Source: an uncultured bacterium (GTDB lineage: Bacteria; Hydrothermota; Tepidihabitantia; Tepidihabitantales; Tepidihabitantaceae). Taken from it: a stretch of 64,000 nucleotides of DNA. The notes under the pieces were generated by a model. The model ran no database searches. It saw nothing but the letters and a program-made list of their open reading frames with translations, and was not told the DNA's origin. The stretch is from NCBI GenBank assembly GCA_964626075.1, contig CAZVDD010000011.1, forward strand, positions 12,566 through 76,565, read 5' to 3'. How positions within the stretch are numbered: position 1 is the stretch's first letter; each line of letters starts with the position of its first letter. Below, in pieces: positions 47,218 to 55,873 of the stretch. Both the position numbers and the translations under genes were made by a program.

Positions 47218-48064
47218 GAAGATTAAAATCGGGCTGGTGGTAAACTGGAGTAAACCTTTAGCACAACGGTTTGTGCCTGAACTAATACACTGGCTGAAAG
47301 AGAATGGTTTTGATGTTTCTCTTGCCGACAAACCGGCGATGGGAATTCGGCACTTTCGCAAGGGGATTAAAGATGTTGACCTCATGGTGGCGTTAGGAGG
47401 CGACGGAACGCTTCTGCGAGCGGTTCAGATAGTCGGGGAAAGGGAGACACCGATAATGGGGGTGAACTTAGGGGGACTTGGTTTTCTGACCGAATTTTCA
47501 ACCGGTGAGGCGCGACAGGGAATCCGTGATTTTGCCCGGGGTAAGTTTGGCGAGGAAAGAAGGATGGTGCTTGCCTGCCAGATGATTGACGGTGCGGGAC
47601 AGAAAAAGATGGGGTACGCCTTGAACGATTGTGCGGTGAATATGGGTCCTTCGGGCAGGGTCGTGGAGGTGGTTTTAAACTGGCAGGGTCAGTTCTTGAA
47701 TAAGTTTGTGGGTGATGGGGTTGTTGTCGCTACGCCGACCGGTTCAACCGCTTATTCGCTTGCCGCGGGTGGCCCGGTTGTTTATCCGACGATGACGGCG
47801 CTTGTCATTACCCCGCTCTGTCCGCACGCACTGACCGCAAGACCGATTGTTTTACCGGGAGACGGGACAGTTGAATTAGAACTTACCGGTAAATCAGAGG
47901 AGGCGGTTGTGACTCTTGACGGACAGCACCGCTGGGTTTTTCACCGGGGTGACCGTTTGACTGTGACCCGGGCAAAGCACGCGGTGCGGCTGGTAGTGCC
48001 GAAAAAGAAAAGTTATTTTGCAATCCTGCGCAAAAAGTTGAAATGGTCCGGGAGTCAAAGGTGA
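47204..48064 (+). CDS. nadK: NAD kinase
   Basis: It has the GGDGTLLRA motif and an NE/DGxxV-type C-terminal domain. Its length is 286 aa. Confidence 0.85.
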   Translation: MKSGKKIKIGLVVNWSKPLAQRFVPELIHWLKENGFDVSLADKPAMGIRHFRKGIKDVDLMVALGGDGTLLRAVQIVGERETPIMGVNLGGLGFLTEFSTGEARQGIRDFARGKFGEERRMVLACQMIDGAGQKKMGYALNDCAVNMGPSGRVVEVVLNWQGQFLNKFVGDGVVVATPTGSTAYSLAAGGPVVYPTMTALVITPLCPHALTARPIVLPGDGTVELELTGKSEEAVVTLDGQHRWVFHRGDRLTVTRAKHAVRLVVPKKKSYFAILRKKLKWSGSQR

Positions 48065-48684
48065 AAGACAAAATTGAAAAGGGCGAGCCCAGAAATGGAA
48101 ACCGTTTGCTGACCATTCCTAACCTGCTGTCAATTTCTCGTTTGGTGCTTTTGCCCCTGGTCCTTTTTTTTCTTTTTCGGCGTGCCGCGGTTGCCGCGGT
48201 GATTGTGATGCTTATCTCCTGGTCAACTGATGCACTGGACGGTTTTCTTGCCCGGCGATTGGGACAGGTTTCTAATACCGGACGGGTGCTTGACCATCTG
48301 GTTGACAAAATCTGGATTGGTTCGGTTTTGATTACTTTGGTTTTCATCAGCGACCTGCCGCTGTTTGTTGCCGGGGCGGTCATCGTACGTGATTTGCTGA
48401 TTCTCGCTGGCAGTGCGGTGGTGATGAAGTTTCGTGGTTCTTTTGTCTCTTCTGATGTGGTGGGAAAGATTACGGGCTGTGCGTTTGCCCTGCTGATTCT
48501 TTTTTACACATTAAGCAGTGATGCCGGAAACGGTTTCTTGAGCGGAATTGTACCCCGTCTGGACCATCTGAAGGTTTTTGCCGATTACACGGTCCTGGTT
48601 TTGATAGTGGTTTCTTTTATCAACTACCTCGTTGTTTTTTTGCGGATAATGGTCAAATTCCGGCTGCCGGGTGAACAGGATTAA
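48043..48684 (+). CDS. CDP-alcohol phosphatidyltransferase family protein (PgsA/PssA-like)
   Basis: It has the motif DALDGFLARRLGQVSNTGRVLDHLVDK (D-G-x2-A-R...G-x3-D-x3-D) and multiple TM helices. Confidence 0.75.
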   Translation: MVRESKVKDKIEKGEPRNGNRLLTIPNLLSISRLVLLPLVLFFLFRRAAVAAVIVMLISWSTDALDGFLARRLGQVSNTGRVLDHLVDKIWIGSVLITLVFISDLPLFVAGAVIVRDLLILAGSAVVMKFRGSFVSSDVVGKITGCAFALLILFYTLSSDAGNGFLSGIVPRLDHLKVFADYTVLVLIVVSFINYLVVFLRIMVKFRLPGEQD

Positions 48685-48700
48685 CAGAACGAAAGCGTTG

Positions 48701-48895
48701 TTATAGAAAAGCCCTTGGTCCGCCTGAGACAACAGTCGTAAGGATTGTTAAACCGGTAATAACACCAGCAATCGGTATAAGCGCTTCAGCCGGACCCAAA
48801 TTGGCACTGGCTGCCCAGCCGAGCGTAATTACCAGTAACCCGGCAAGCAGGAGGTTTGAGGGACGCGTGCGCTTTAATTTCATCTTCCTTCCCAC
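48701..48895 (-). CDS. Possible small hydrophobic protein (64 aa) of doubtful status
   Basis: It is an ORF with a basic N-terminus and two hydrophobic stretches. I saw no clear RBS and recognised no homology. Confidence 0.2.
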   Translation of the reverse strand: MGRKMKLKRTRPSNLLLAGLLVITLGWAASANLGPAEALIPIAGVITGLTILTTVVSGGPRAFL

Positions 48896-49070
48896 CGATT
48901 AAATATGCACTAGTTATGCCGCAGGGTTTTTATACGTTAATTAATCAATTTTCAATGTGTTAGGTAATAAAACCGCTGGGAAACAGTTTGTCGAGGGTGA
49001 GCAGGTGCAACAGGAACGCAGTATTAACTCGTTAATTTACAACTTGTTAACTACTGCGACCTTCAGGTTG

Positions 49071-50162
49071 TTACTTTTCCACCACCTTCTTGTAAGCCTG
49101 ATAGAACTGTTTTAGTACCCGGTCGGCTTCGGTTTTTGTCATCGGTGCCATATGGCCGATGCGCACCACCTTACCACGCAATTCTGCCTGGCCATTAGCG
49201 AGAAGGATGCGATTCTGGGTCTTGCAGATGTCAACGATTTTCGTGCCGTCCACGCCATCAGGTAAGCGGATGACAGTGAGGGCGTTTGCCGGGTTCTTGG
49301 GGAAAATGGTGAACCCCATCATTACGACCTTTTCCCGGACATAACGGGCAAGGGTTGCCTTTTCCTGCCAGATTTTCTTGACACCGCGCCGATGGCATTT
49401 CTTGAGGGCGAGGTCAAGGGCATAGTAGATTGAGATTGCTGGGGTCCAGGGTGTTTGCCCCTTTTCGGCAAACTGGCGGTATTTGCGCAGGTCAAAGTAG
49501 TAACGGGTGTTTTTGCACTTCTCAACCTGCTCCCAGGCACGGGGGCTGAGGGCGATGAAAGACAGTCCGGGCGGCACCGCTAATCCCTTCTGCGAACCGG
49601 CAATGACAACATCGAGATGCCAGGCGTCCATTTGCAGTTCATCAACACCCATACCGGCAACGGCATCAACGATTAGAATTCGGTTAAGGCGGTAGCAGAT
49701 TTCGCCGAACGCTTTGATGTCGTTGAGGGCACCGGTGGATGTTTCGGTGAGCGTGGTAAAAACGCAGCGGGCAGCATCGTTTGATTTCAGTTTACGCTCC
49801 AGTTCTTCGGGAGGGATTGATTCACCGTAGGGGCGATTGAGTTCGTCAACATAACCACCGAACCTGATAGCCAGTTCCCGCCAGCGCTCACCAAACTTAC
49901 CACAAACGGCAACGATAACCCGGTCCTGAGGGTTGACAAGATTGGCGACAGCCGCTTCCATCGCACCGGTCCCCGAAGCGGTGAGGACATAGACCGGCTG
50001 GCTGGTAAAAAAAAGTTTTGCCAGTCCCTTCATCACTGAATCCTGAAGAGAGGCAAAACTTGCCTCGCGGTGGTAAACGAGGTCGTTGTTCATGGCTTTG
50101 AGGTAGTCAGCTGGAACCGCGACCGGTCCCGGTGTGTAGAGTTTGTATTTTGGTTTAATCAT
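49071..50162 (-). CDS. Class V aminotransferase (serine-pyruvate/alanine-glyoxylate aminotransferase-like)
   Basis: It belongs to PLP fold-type I class V (LTETSTGALNDI..., ...DAVAGMG, the SQKGL lysine region). The likely ATG (MIKPKYKLYTPGP) overlaps the thiC stop as ATGA. The track ORF extends 15 codons further. Confidence 0.75.
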   Translation of the reverse strand: MIKPKYKLYTPGPVAVPADYLKAMNNDLVYHREASFASLQDSVMKGLAKLFFTSQPVYVLTASGTGAMEAAVANLVNPQDRVIVAVCGKFGERWRELAIRFGGYVDELNRPYGESIPPEELERKLKSNDAARCVFTTLTETSTGALNDIKAFGEICYRLNRILIVDAVAGMGVDELQMDAWHLDVVIAGSQKGLAVPPGLSFIALSPRAWEQVEKCKNTRYYFDLRKYRQFAEKGQTPWTPAISIYYALDLALKKCHRRGVKKIWQEKATLARYVREKVVMMGFTIFPKNPANALTVIRLPDGVDGTKIVDICKTQNRILLANGQAELRGKVVRIGHMAPMTKTEADRVLKQFYQAYKKVVEK

Positions 50163-51400
50163 AGAATAGTCTCCTTTGTTTTCTTTACCGCACAAAATTC
50201 GCCGCACATTGTGCAGGCGCCTTCGGTGCGCGAAGGCTGAATGGCAAAAACCGCCTTTGCCCGTTCCGGGTCAAGACTGTGGGCAATCATTTTGCCCCAC
50301 TGGAGGCGGGCACGAAAGCGGGAAAGTTTGTTGTCCCAGTCAATCGCGCCCGGGTGATGCCGGGCGATATCAGCCGCATGGGCGGCAATGCGTGATGCGA
50401 TAACCCCTTCCCGGACATCCTCGACATCGGGCAGTCCGAGGTGCTCTGATGGGGTGACATAACAGAGAAAATCAGCACCGTAATAGGCGGCAAGGGCGCC
50501 ACCGATCGCCGCCGTAATGTGGTCGTAGCCGCAGGCGATGTCGGTTACCAGAGGACCCAGGACATAAAATGGCGCGCCGTCGCATACCGTCTTTTCAAGT
50601 AAAATGTTCGCCTCAATCTGGTCAATCGGAATGTGACCCGGTCCTTCAACCATTGCCTGAACACCAGCCACCCGGGCACGCTGCACCAGTTCACCAATGG
50701 TTAAAAGTTCAGAAATCTGAGCCTCATCGGTGGCATCGGCAATGGCACCGGGCCGCAGGCCGTCGCCTAAAGACAGGGTGGCATGGTACTCTTTTGCCAT
50801 TGCGAGCAGTTCGTCGTAGTGCTCATAAAGGGGGTTTTCCCGATTGTTGAACTTCATCCATTCCATCATCATCACGCCACCCCGGCTGACAACACCACCC
50901 AAACGGCGGCGTACGGTGCTGAAACTTTTTCGGGTGACACCACAGTGTACGGTGATGAAGTCAACGCCATCGGCGAGGTGTTTTTCAATGCCCTGGAAAA
51001 TGTCTTTAACGGTAACTTCGGGGAAAGAGCGCCGGTGCTGACGCGCGGTTATTGCCACCTGGTAGATGGGCACAGTGCCCACCGGAATTGGGGCGTTGCG
51101 AATAATCTCCCGGCGAATTTCGTCCACATCACCGCCCACCGAAAGGTCCATTATCGTATCGGCACCGGCAGCAATTGCAACGCGCAGTTTCTCCAGTTCT
51201 GTTTCCAGGTCAACCCGGTCCGGCGATGTGCCGATGTTGGCGTTGACCTTGACCCGGGTTTTCTCGCCAATGGCGAGCGGCTTGATTTTTCGCTTCCGAT
51301 TCTGCAGAAGAACAACCCGGCCTGATTCGACCAAGCGGCGTAGTTCATTGGGCTTCAGCCCTTCTTCTCGGGCGAGCGCCGCCAATGTTGATTTATTCAT
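50159..51400 (-). CDS. thiC: Phosphomethylpyrimidine synthase ThiC
   Basis: It has the GTVPIYQ motif and ThiC core regions. The C-terminal cluster is CTMCGEFCAV. Its 413 aa are typical of short anaerobe-type ThiC. Confidence 0.85.
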   Translation of the reverse strand: MNKSTLAALAREEGLKPNELRRLVESGRVVLLQNRKRKIKPLAIGEKTRVKVNANIGTSPDRVDLETELEKLRVAIAAGADTIMDLSVGGDVDEIRREIIRNAPIPVGTVPIYQVAITARQHRRSFPEVTVKDIFQGIEKHLADGVDFITVHCGVTRKSFSTVRRRLGGVVSRGGVMMMEWMKFNNRENPLYEHYDELLAMAKEYHATLSLGDGLRPGAIADATDEAQISELLTIGELVQRARVAGVQAMVEGPGHIPIDQIEANILLEKTVCDGAPFYVLGPLVTDIACGYDHITAAIGGALAAYYGADFLCYVTPSEHLGLPDVEDVREGVIASRIAAHAADIARHHPGAIDWDNKLSRFRARLQWGKMIAHSLDPERAKAVFAIQPSRTEGACTMCGEFCAVKKTKETIL

Positions 51401-52193
51401 TGTTGTTCACCTCCTCGAGCGCAACCGTTTCCTCGGTGCCTTCTTGATAACGGACTGTGAGACGATGGGTTAGGGGGTCAACTCCAGTAACCGTTCCCAC
51501 GCCCCGGGCGGTTTTTATCCGGTCGCCGATACGCGGACAAAGGAGTAGCCAGCGGTAAGTTTCTTCTTCATAGGCAAGGCAGCAGAGCAGTTTGCCACAG
51601 AGCCCGGAGATTTTGGTCGGTTCGACAAACAGGTTCTGCTGGCGTGCCATCCGCAGGGTAATCGGTTTCAACTCTTTGAGAAATTGCTGGCAGCACAGTA
51701 TGCGACCGCAGGGTCCAATGCCACCGAGAAGGCGCGCATGGTCGCGGACGCCAATCTGTTTAATTGCCACTCGTACATTGAGCGCCGAGGCGAGCGCTTT
51801 GTGGAACATCCGGAAGTTCAGTTTCTGATCGGATACGAAGTAAAAACAGACCTTTTTCTTATCCAGCCGCCAGTGGGCGCCAACCACTTGCATCTCCAGC
51901 CGATACTCATCACGCAACCGGCGGAAAATTTCCAGTGTTTGTTGGGTTTTGCGGTCCAGTTCCTGGCGGGTGCGGAGGTCTTCTTCCGTGGCCCGGCGCA
52001 AAACGACCGCTTCGGCGGGGCGAACACCGTTGGTGTCAATCATTACCAGTTTACCTAAATCCTCGCCCTCTTCATCGCCCACGACAACGAAATCACCCAA
52101 AGAGAAGTCAAGACCGGCGGGCAGAACACACCAGTCACTCTTGAAGGTGTTAAATTCGACAAGGGCGCAGCGGTCTTTTTCGGCCATTGGCAT
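51393..52193 (-). CDS. PSP1 C-terminal domain protein (YaaT/RicT-like)
   Basis: 266 aa. It has the Cys-rich PSP1 motifs GPCGRILCCQQF and GLCGKLLCCLAYEEE. Confidence 0.8.
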   Translation of the reverse strand: MPMAEKDRCALVEFNTFKSDWCVLPAGLDFSLGDFVVVGDEEGEDLGKLVMIDTNGVRPAEAVVLRRATEEDLRTRQELDRKTQQTLEIFRRLRDEYRLEMQVVGAHWRLDKKKVCFYFVSDQKLNFRMFHKALASALNVRVAIKQIGVRDHARLLGGIGPCGRILCCQQFLKELKPITLRMARQQNLFVEPTKISGLCGKLLCCLAYEEETYRWLLLCPRIGDRIKTARGVGTVTGVDPLTHRLTVRYQEGTEETVALEEVNNNE

Positions 52194-52198
52194 ACCCG

Positions 52199-53455
52199 TT
52201 AGCGAAACTGGTCAATTTCTTCCGGGGTCAACAGGTTTTCCAGCCCGGTGGCGGGTTCGTCAGGACTGTTGGTCCAGGCGAGGCGGTAATTACCGTCACC
52301 CCGGGTGTCGATGAAGACGAAGGTGTAGCCTAACTGGTAATAGAACCAGTATTCGCGGGGTTTTATCTCCATCTCCATCGTTTTGCGTTCCACCGCATCC
52401 GGTTCGCCGTAGCGGACATACACCCGACCCCGGTCGGTGTTTATGCCGGAAGTCCGGCCGCTGCGGTAGCGTCCCTCGGCGGTTTCCATGCGGCGCACAA
52501 ACTCAGCGAGATTGTGTTTTGACCAGAACCAGGCGAGGTACGACATTTTACCGGTGTCGGAAAGCGAATTGTAGTAAGCCAGTTCTTTGGGCGTGGCGAT
52601 GAACTCCAGTTTCCGGTAGTACTTTTCCTCCTGGGGCGAGGGTTGAAAGGTATAGGGACGGAGTATTGGTGCCGGACTACCGATGGTAAACTGCTGATGG
52701 GCGTTGACCGTTTGGTCGTTGCTCAGGTCGGTGACATTCACGACAAAGAGATACGAGCCCTCGGCAAGGTTTTCAATGCCCAGTTCCAGCGTGACGGTGG
52801 CTTTTGCGCCCGACTTTTTCCGGACAACCGGCCGGGAACGGACAACGGTGTCTTTTGTTGCGAGGTCAAGCAGGAGGTAGGAGAACTGGTAATTACCGGA
52901 GTCGGGCAAAAGCCCGTACACTTCCCAATAGGCGAACAGGTTTTGGGCGCGGGGGTCAAACCGGCGTCCAGGATTGGGCACAACGACAAGTCTACCGGTG
53001 GCGGTGTCCCGCAGGAGGGCAAGCGCCAGCTGGATAGAACTCAGGGCGAGGTGGGAGGTGAAATCCGGGATATTGACCGTGTCGATAATTGTGCCCTGGT
53101 TCAAAGAGTCGGCGATTGTTACCCGGACCTGATAACTGCCCGGCGGAGCAACGATGCTGAACTGGTCAACAAACGTCCGCTGGTGCTGTACCGCCTCCTG
53201 AAAACTTTTGACGCGGGCGCGTTTGTTTATCGTGCCGGATTCGCTAAACTGGACATCAATCCCATTCATCTCCGTAGCGACCGTAAACAGGGCAAAAATG
53301 CCCTCGGTACCGGGTTGAAATGTTAGCTGGTCGTAGGGCACGCCGTAGTAAAATTCGACCCGACCAGAGTCGTTCTCAGTTAAGAAAACCGCCCAATCAA
53401 GGTCAAACTGTAGTGTTCCGAAAACGGTTAAACTGAGCAATAGTAAACTTAACAT
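52199..53455 (-). CDS. GWxTD domain protein
   Basis: It has a signal peptide. The C-terminal region has YLAWFW...GINTDRGRVYVRYGEPD, the GW/xTD/G-PD pattern of the GWxTD family. Confidence 0.6.
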   Translation of the reverse strand: MLSLLLLSLTVFGTLQFDLDWAVFLTENDSGRVEFYYGVPYDQLTFQPGTEGIFALFTVATEMNGIDVQFSESGTINKRARVKSFQEAVQHQRTFVDQFSIVAPPGSYQVRVTIADSLNQGTIIDTVNIPDFTSHLALSSIQLALALLRDTATGRLVVVPNPGRRFDPRAQNLFAYWEVYGLLPDSGNYQFSYLLLDLATKDTVVRSRPVVRKKSGAKATVTLELGIENLAEGSYLFVVNVTDLSNDQTVNAHQQFTIGSPAPILRPYTFQPSPQEEKYYRKLEFIATPKELAYYNSLSDTGKMSYLAWFWSKHNLAEFVRRMETAEGRYRSGRTSGINTDRGRVYVRYGEPDAVERKTMEMEIKPREYWFYYQLGYTFVFIDTRGDGNYRLAWTNSPDEPATGLENLLTPEEIDQFR

Positions 53456-54625
53456 CTAACGCCTCCCCGGTGTTTGCAGGACAAATTCACCGGACCCAAA
53501 ACGGTCGACAAATACAAATGTCAGGTTTCTTTCGTAGTAGTACCAAATTTCTTGGGCGGGTCGGTCGATGTTAAAGGGTTGCGACTCAATCTGGTCCGGT
53601 GGCCCGTACAGGACATAAATCTTTGCCCGGTCGCTTCGATAACCCTTATCGCCCCGGGAAAAGTTTTTTTCACAGTAGGCAATGCGCTCAAAGTACTCTT
53701 CTTCTTTCTCATTGACCGCAGTGGAGGGGTTGGGGTCTTTATCCTGCCAGAACTCGTGCCATGCCTTAAGCCGCTGGGCGCGGGGTGTTTTCTTCAACTG
53801 CCGCATCTCTTCGTAGGAGGCGATGTAGAGCAACTGGTCAACCTTCACCGCCCAGAGGCTATCGTCGTAGTAAAAAGGAAGGTTGACCGCAAAATCGGTT
53901 TTCGTCGCCGGGGTGATGCTCTCTTGTGATAAAAGAGACGCTTCAAGCGTGTATGTGCCGGAACTGAGCCGGGCGTTGCCCGCGGAATCGGCAACCGGCA
54001 GAACAAAATACGCCCTCTGGAGGCCAAGCGATTCGACAACCAAAAGGGTTTGGCGCTGGACTACCCTTGAACCTTTACGAAGGATAAACTGGACACTGTC
54101 GCCTTTGCGTCCGGGAGCGGCTTCAGCCCGGATCTCGATTGTGTCGTTAAGCCCGTAAGTTCGGCCGGGATTTATCTGCCCAGATTTCAAAGCACGCAAC
54201 CGGAGGGCGCCGGGTTCAATTTTAACAGGAAGGGTGGCAACCGTCTGGCGCTCGCTCTGCCGGTCCTGGACGGTGAGCCGAATCACCGTTGCGGCACGAG
54301 GTATGGGCGTGGTGAGCAACTCGGTGAAACTCAAATCGGAACGCTGGGTTAACGGGTATTCGTCAAGGCCGTGCCGTCTTTCCCACACCTCGGCAAAAAG
54401 GAGATTGTGCTTTTTGTCAAGCACCTCAAGGGTGAGGCAAAACCGGGAGACAAACCGTCCGGAATCTCTAACAAAAGAGAGCGAGCTGTAAGGAATTTCG
54501 TAAGACAGTTCAAGGTAGGGCGATTGGGTGCTATCGAGATAGACCATCTGGTCGATTTCAACTTTCAAATTCCCCTGCCCGGTTACCATATTCAACACCG
54601 CTGCGACCGCCATAATAATGGTCAT
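53456..54625 (-). CDS. GWxTD domain protein, a tandem paralogue
   Basis: The C-terminus has AWHEFW...GDKGYRSDRAKIYVLYGPPD. It has the same architecture as the downstream gene, from which it is separated by 0 nt. Confidence 0.6.
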   Translation of the reverse strand: MTIIMAVAAVLNMVTGQGNLKVEIDQMVYLDSTQSPYLELSYEIPYSSLSFVRDSGRFVSRFCLTLEVLDKKHNLLFAEVWERRHGLDEYPLTQRSDLSFTELLTTPIPRAATVIRLTVQDRQSERQTVATLPVKIEPGALRLRALKSGQINPGRTYGLNDTIEIRAEAAPGRKGDSVQFILRKGSRVVQRQTLLVVESLGLQRAYFVLPVADSAGNARLSSGTYTLEASLLSQESITPATKTDFAVNLPFYYDDSLWAVKVDQLLYIASYEEMRQLKKTPRAQRLKAWHEFWQDKDPNPSTAVNEKEEEYFERIAYCEKNFSRGDKGYRSDRAKIYVLYGPPDQIESQPFNIDRPAQEIWYYYERNLTFVFVDRFGSGEFVLQTPGRR

Positions 54626-55037
54626 TGTTCAGTCTTTAAGTTTAGGAAATTATTCAGTTAAAGTCAAGGATAGGGGTGAGAATTTGGCAGGACAACAAAC
54701 GCGGGGAAAGCGAGCGGTTTGAGTTTAACAGGGAAAATTTTGAGTTAATTCAACACCAGCGCAGGGTTGTGACTGGTTGCGGTTGGATACTTTAAAGTAT
54801 AAGTTCAGGGATGGGAATTATTGGCGTAAGAGTTTGTGTTTCCAATGGTTAAGCTTCTGAGGCGTAATTTTCCCTGCCCAACCCTGGGGTTGTTACCGGG
54901 ATGGTATGGGATATTTGCGCCCGGGGTAATTTTAAGGTTGGTTTTGTAGTGAGGTCGGGTTGTCTAATCTATTGAACGGCGGACTTTTTCCTGCCCCCAG
55001 TTTGAGGATGGTTTTACTCTGGTCAAAGGAACGGTTT

Positions 55038-55700
55038 TTAGCGGTTTAGTCGGCGCAGAATCGAGCGAATCTCATCCAGCTGTTGTTCGTAGCCTGGACC
55101 GCTTAAAGCCTGTTCTGCTGCCTGCTGGGTGGTGTAGTCCGGGCTGGCAAGTTTGCGTTCGATTGCTGCCATTCCCTTCGGGTCACCAATCCGGCGCAGG
55201 GCAGAAATGGCGGCTTTGCGCACCTGGGGGTCAGGGTCGTTAAGACGCCCGATTAATGGGTCAACCGCTTTGTTGGCGCCGATTTTGCCCAGTGCCTGGC
55301 AGGCGGTTATGCGCACCAGCCGGCGCGGTGCGCTAATTAAGGTGATGAGGTAATCAAGCGCATCGACGCCCAAATCACCGAGCGCCTTGGTGAACGCCAT
55401 TGCGATGTCTTCCTGCGGTTCTTTTGTGATGGCGTTGAAGAGCGGTTCAATCGCCTGTTTGGCGCCGATTTTGCCCAGTGCCAGTCCGGCTTCAAACCGT
55501 ACCACGGGTACGGAATCTTTTAGGAGATTGAGCAAAAGAGGAACCGAAGGTTTGTCTTTGAGTTCGCCCAGCCGTTTTGCTGCGTCAGCACGGAGTTCGG
55601 GGTCCAGGCTGGTAAGTTGTTTGCGCAGGCGGGCGGTTTCCGACTGACAGGCAAGAATCAAAAGGGTTGCCAGGAGTAATGTCAAGCAGTTTTTTGCCAC
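55038..55700 (-). CDS. HEAT-repeat (PBS-lyase-type) lipoprotein
   Basis: It has a lipobox (LILACQ). Repeated about 31-aa HEAT-like units contain V/IRxxAxxALGxIGD. Confidence 0.65.
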   Translation of the reverse strand: MAKNCLTLLLATLLILACQSETARLRKQLTSLDPELRADAAKRLGELKDKPSVPLLLNLLKDSVPVVRFEAGLALGKIGAKQAIEPLFNAITKEPQEDIAMAFTKALGDLGVDALDYLITLISAPRRLVRITACQALGKIGANKAVDPLIGRLNDPDPQVRKAAISALRRIGDPKGMAAIERKLASPDYTTQQAAEQALSGPGYEQQLDEIRSILRRLNR

Positions 55701-55827
55701 AGGTAAGATTTTACTATCGCTTGATATTTAGTCAAATGAAAAGCGGGGTGCCGGTTGTTAGCAATGCCCGGGCTGGGATACGATGGGCAAAAAGTTGCTC
55801 GGTTTTTCGGATGTATTATGGTGTGAA

Positions 55828-55855
55828 TTGACATTTGTTCTGGGATAAATATTAT
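55828..55855 (+). promoter_or_regulatory. Candidate promoter (TTGACA, 16-nt spacer, TATTAT) for glyS
   Basis: It lies inside the 5' end of the track ORF. It is followed by GAGGAG and a TTG at about 55874 that yields LLEIGTEELP, the conserved GlyS N-terminus. Confidence 0.45.
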
Positions 55856-55873
55856 CCCTGCGTGAGGAGTTTT

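Noticed and set aside
48715-48795. Sequence reminiscent of a THI-box (CTGAGA ... CCGGTAATAACACCAGC) near thiC
   Set aside because: It is on the wrong strand and in the wrong position to control thiC. It is 1.4 kb downstream of the operon end and faces the other way. The P1/P2/P4 pairings could not be built convincingly by eye. It is probably chance similarity. An Infernal scan would settle it.
50783-51325. 180-aa plus-strand ORF antisense to thiC, among several similar antisense ORFs between 50176 and 52314
   Set aside because: They overlap the conserved thiC and PSP1 coding sequences and have no independent support.
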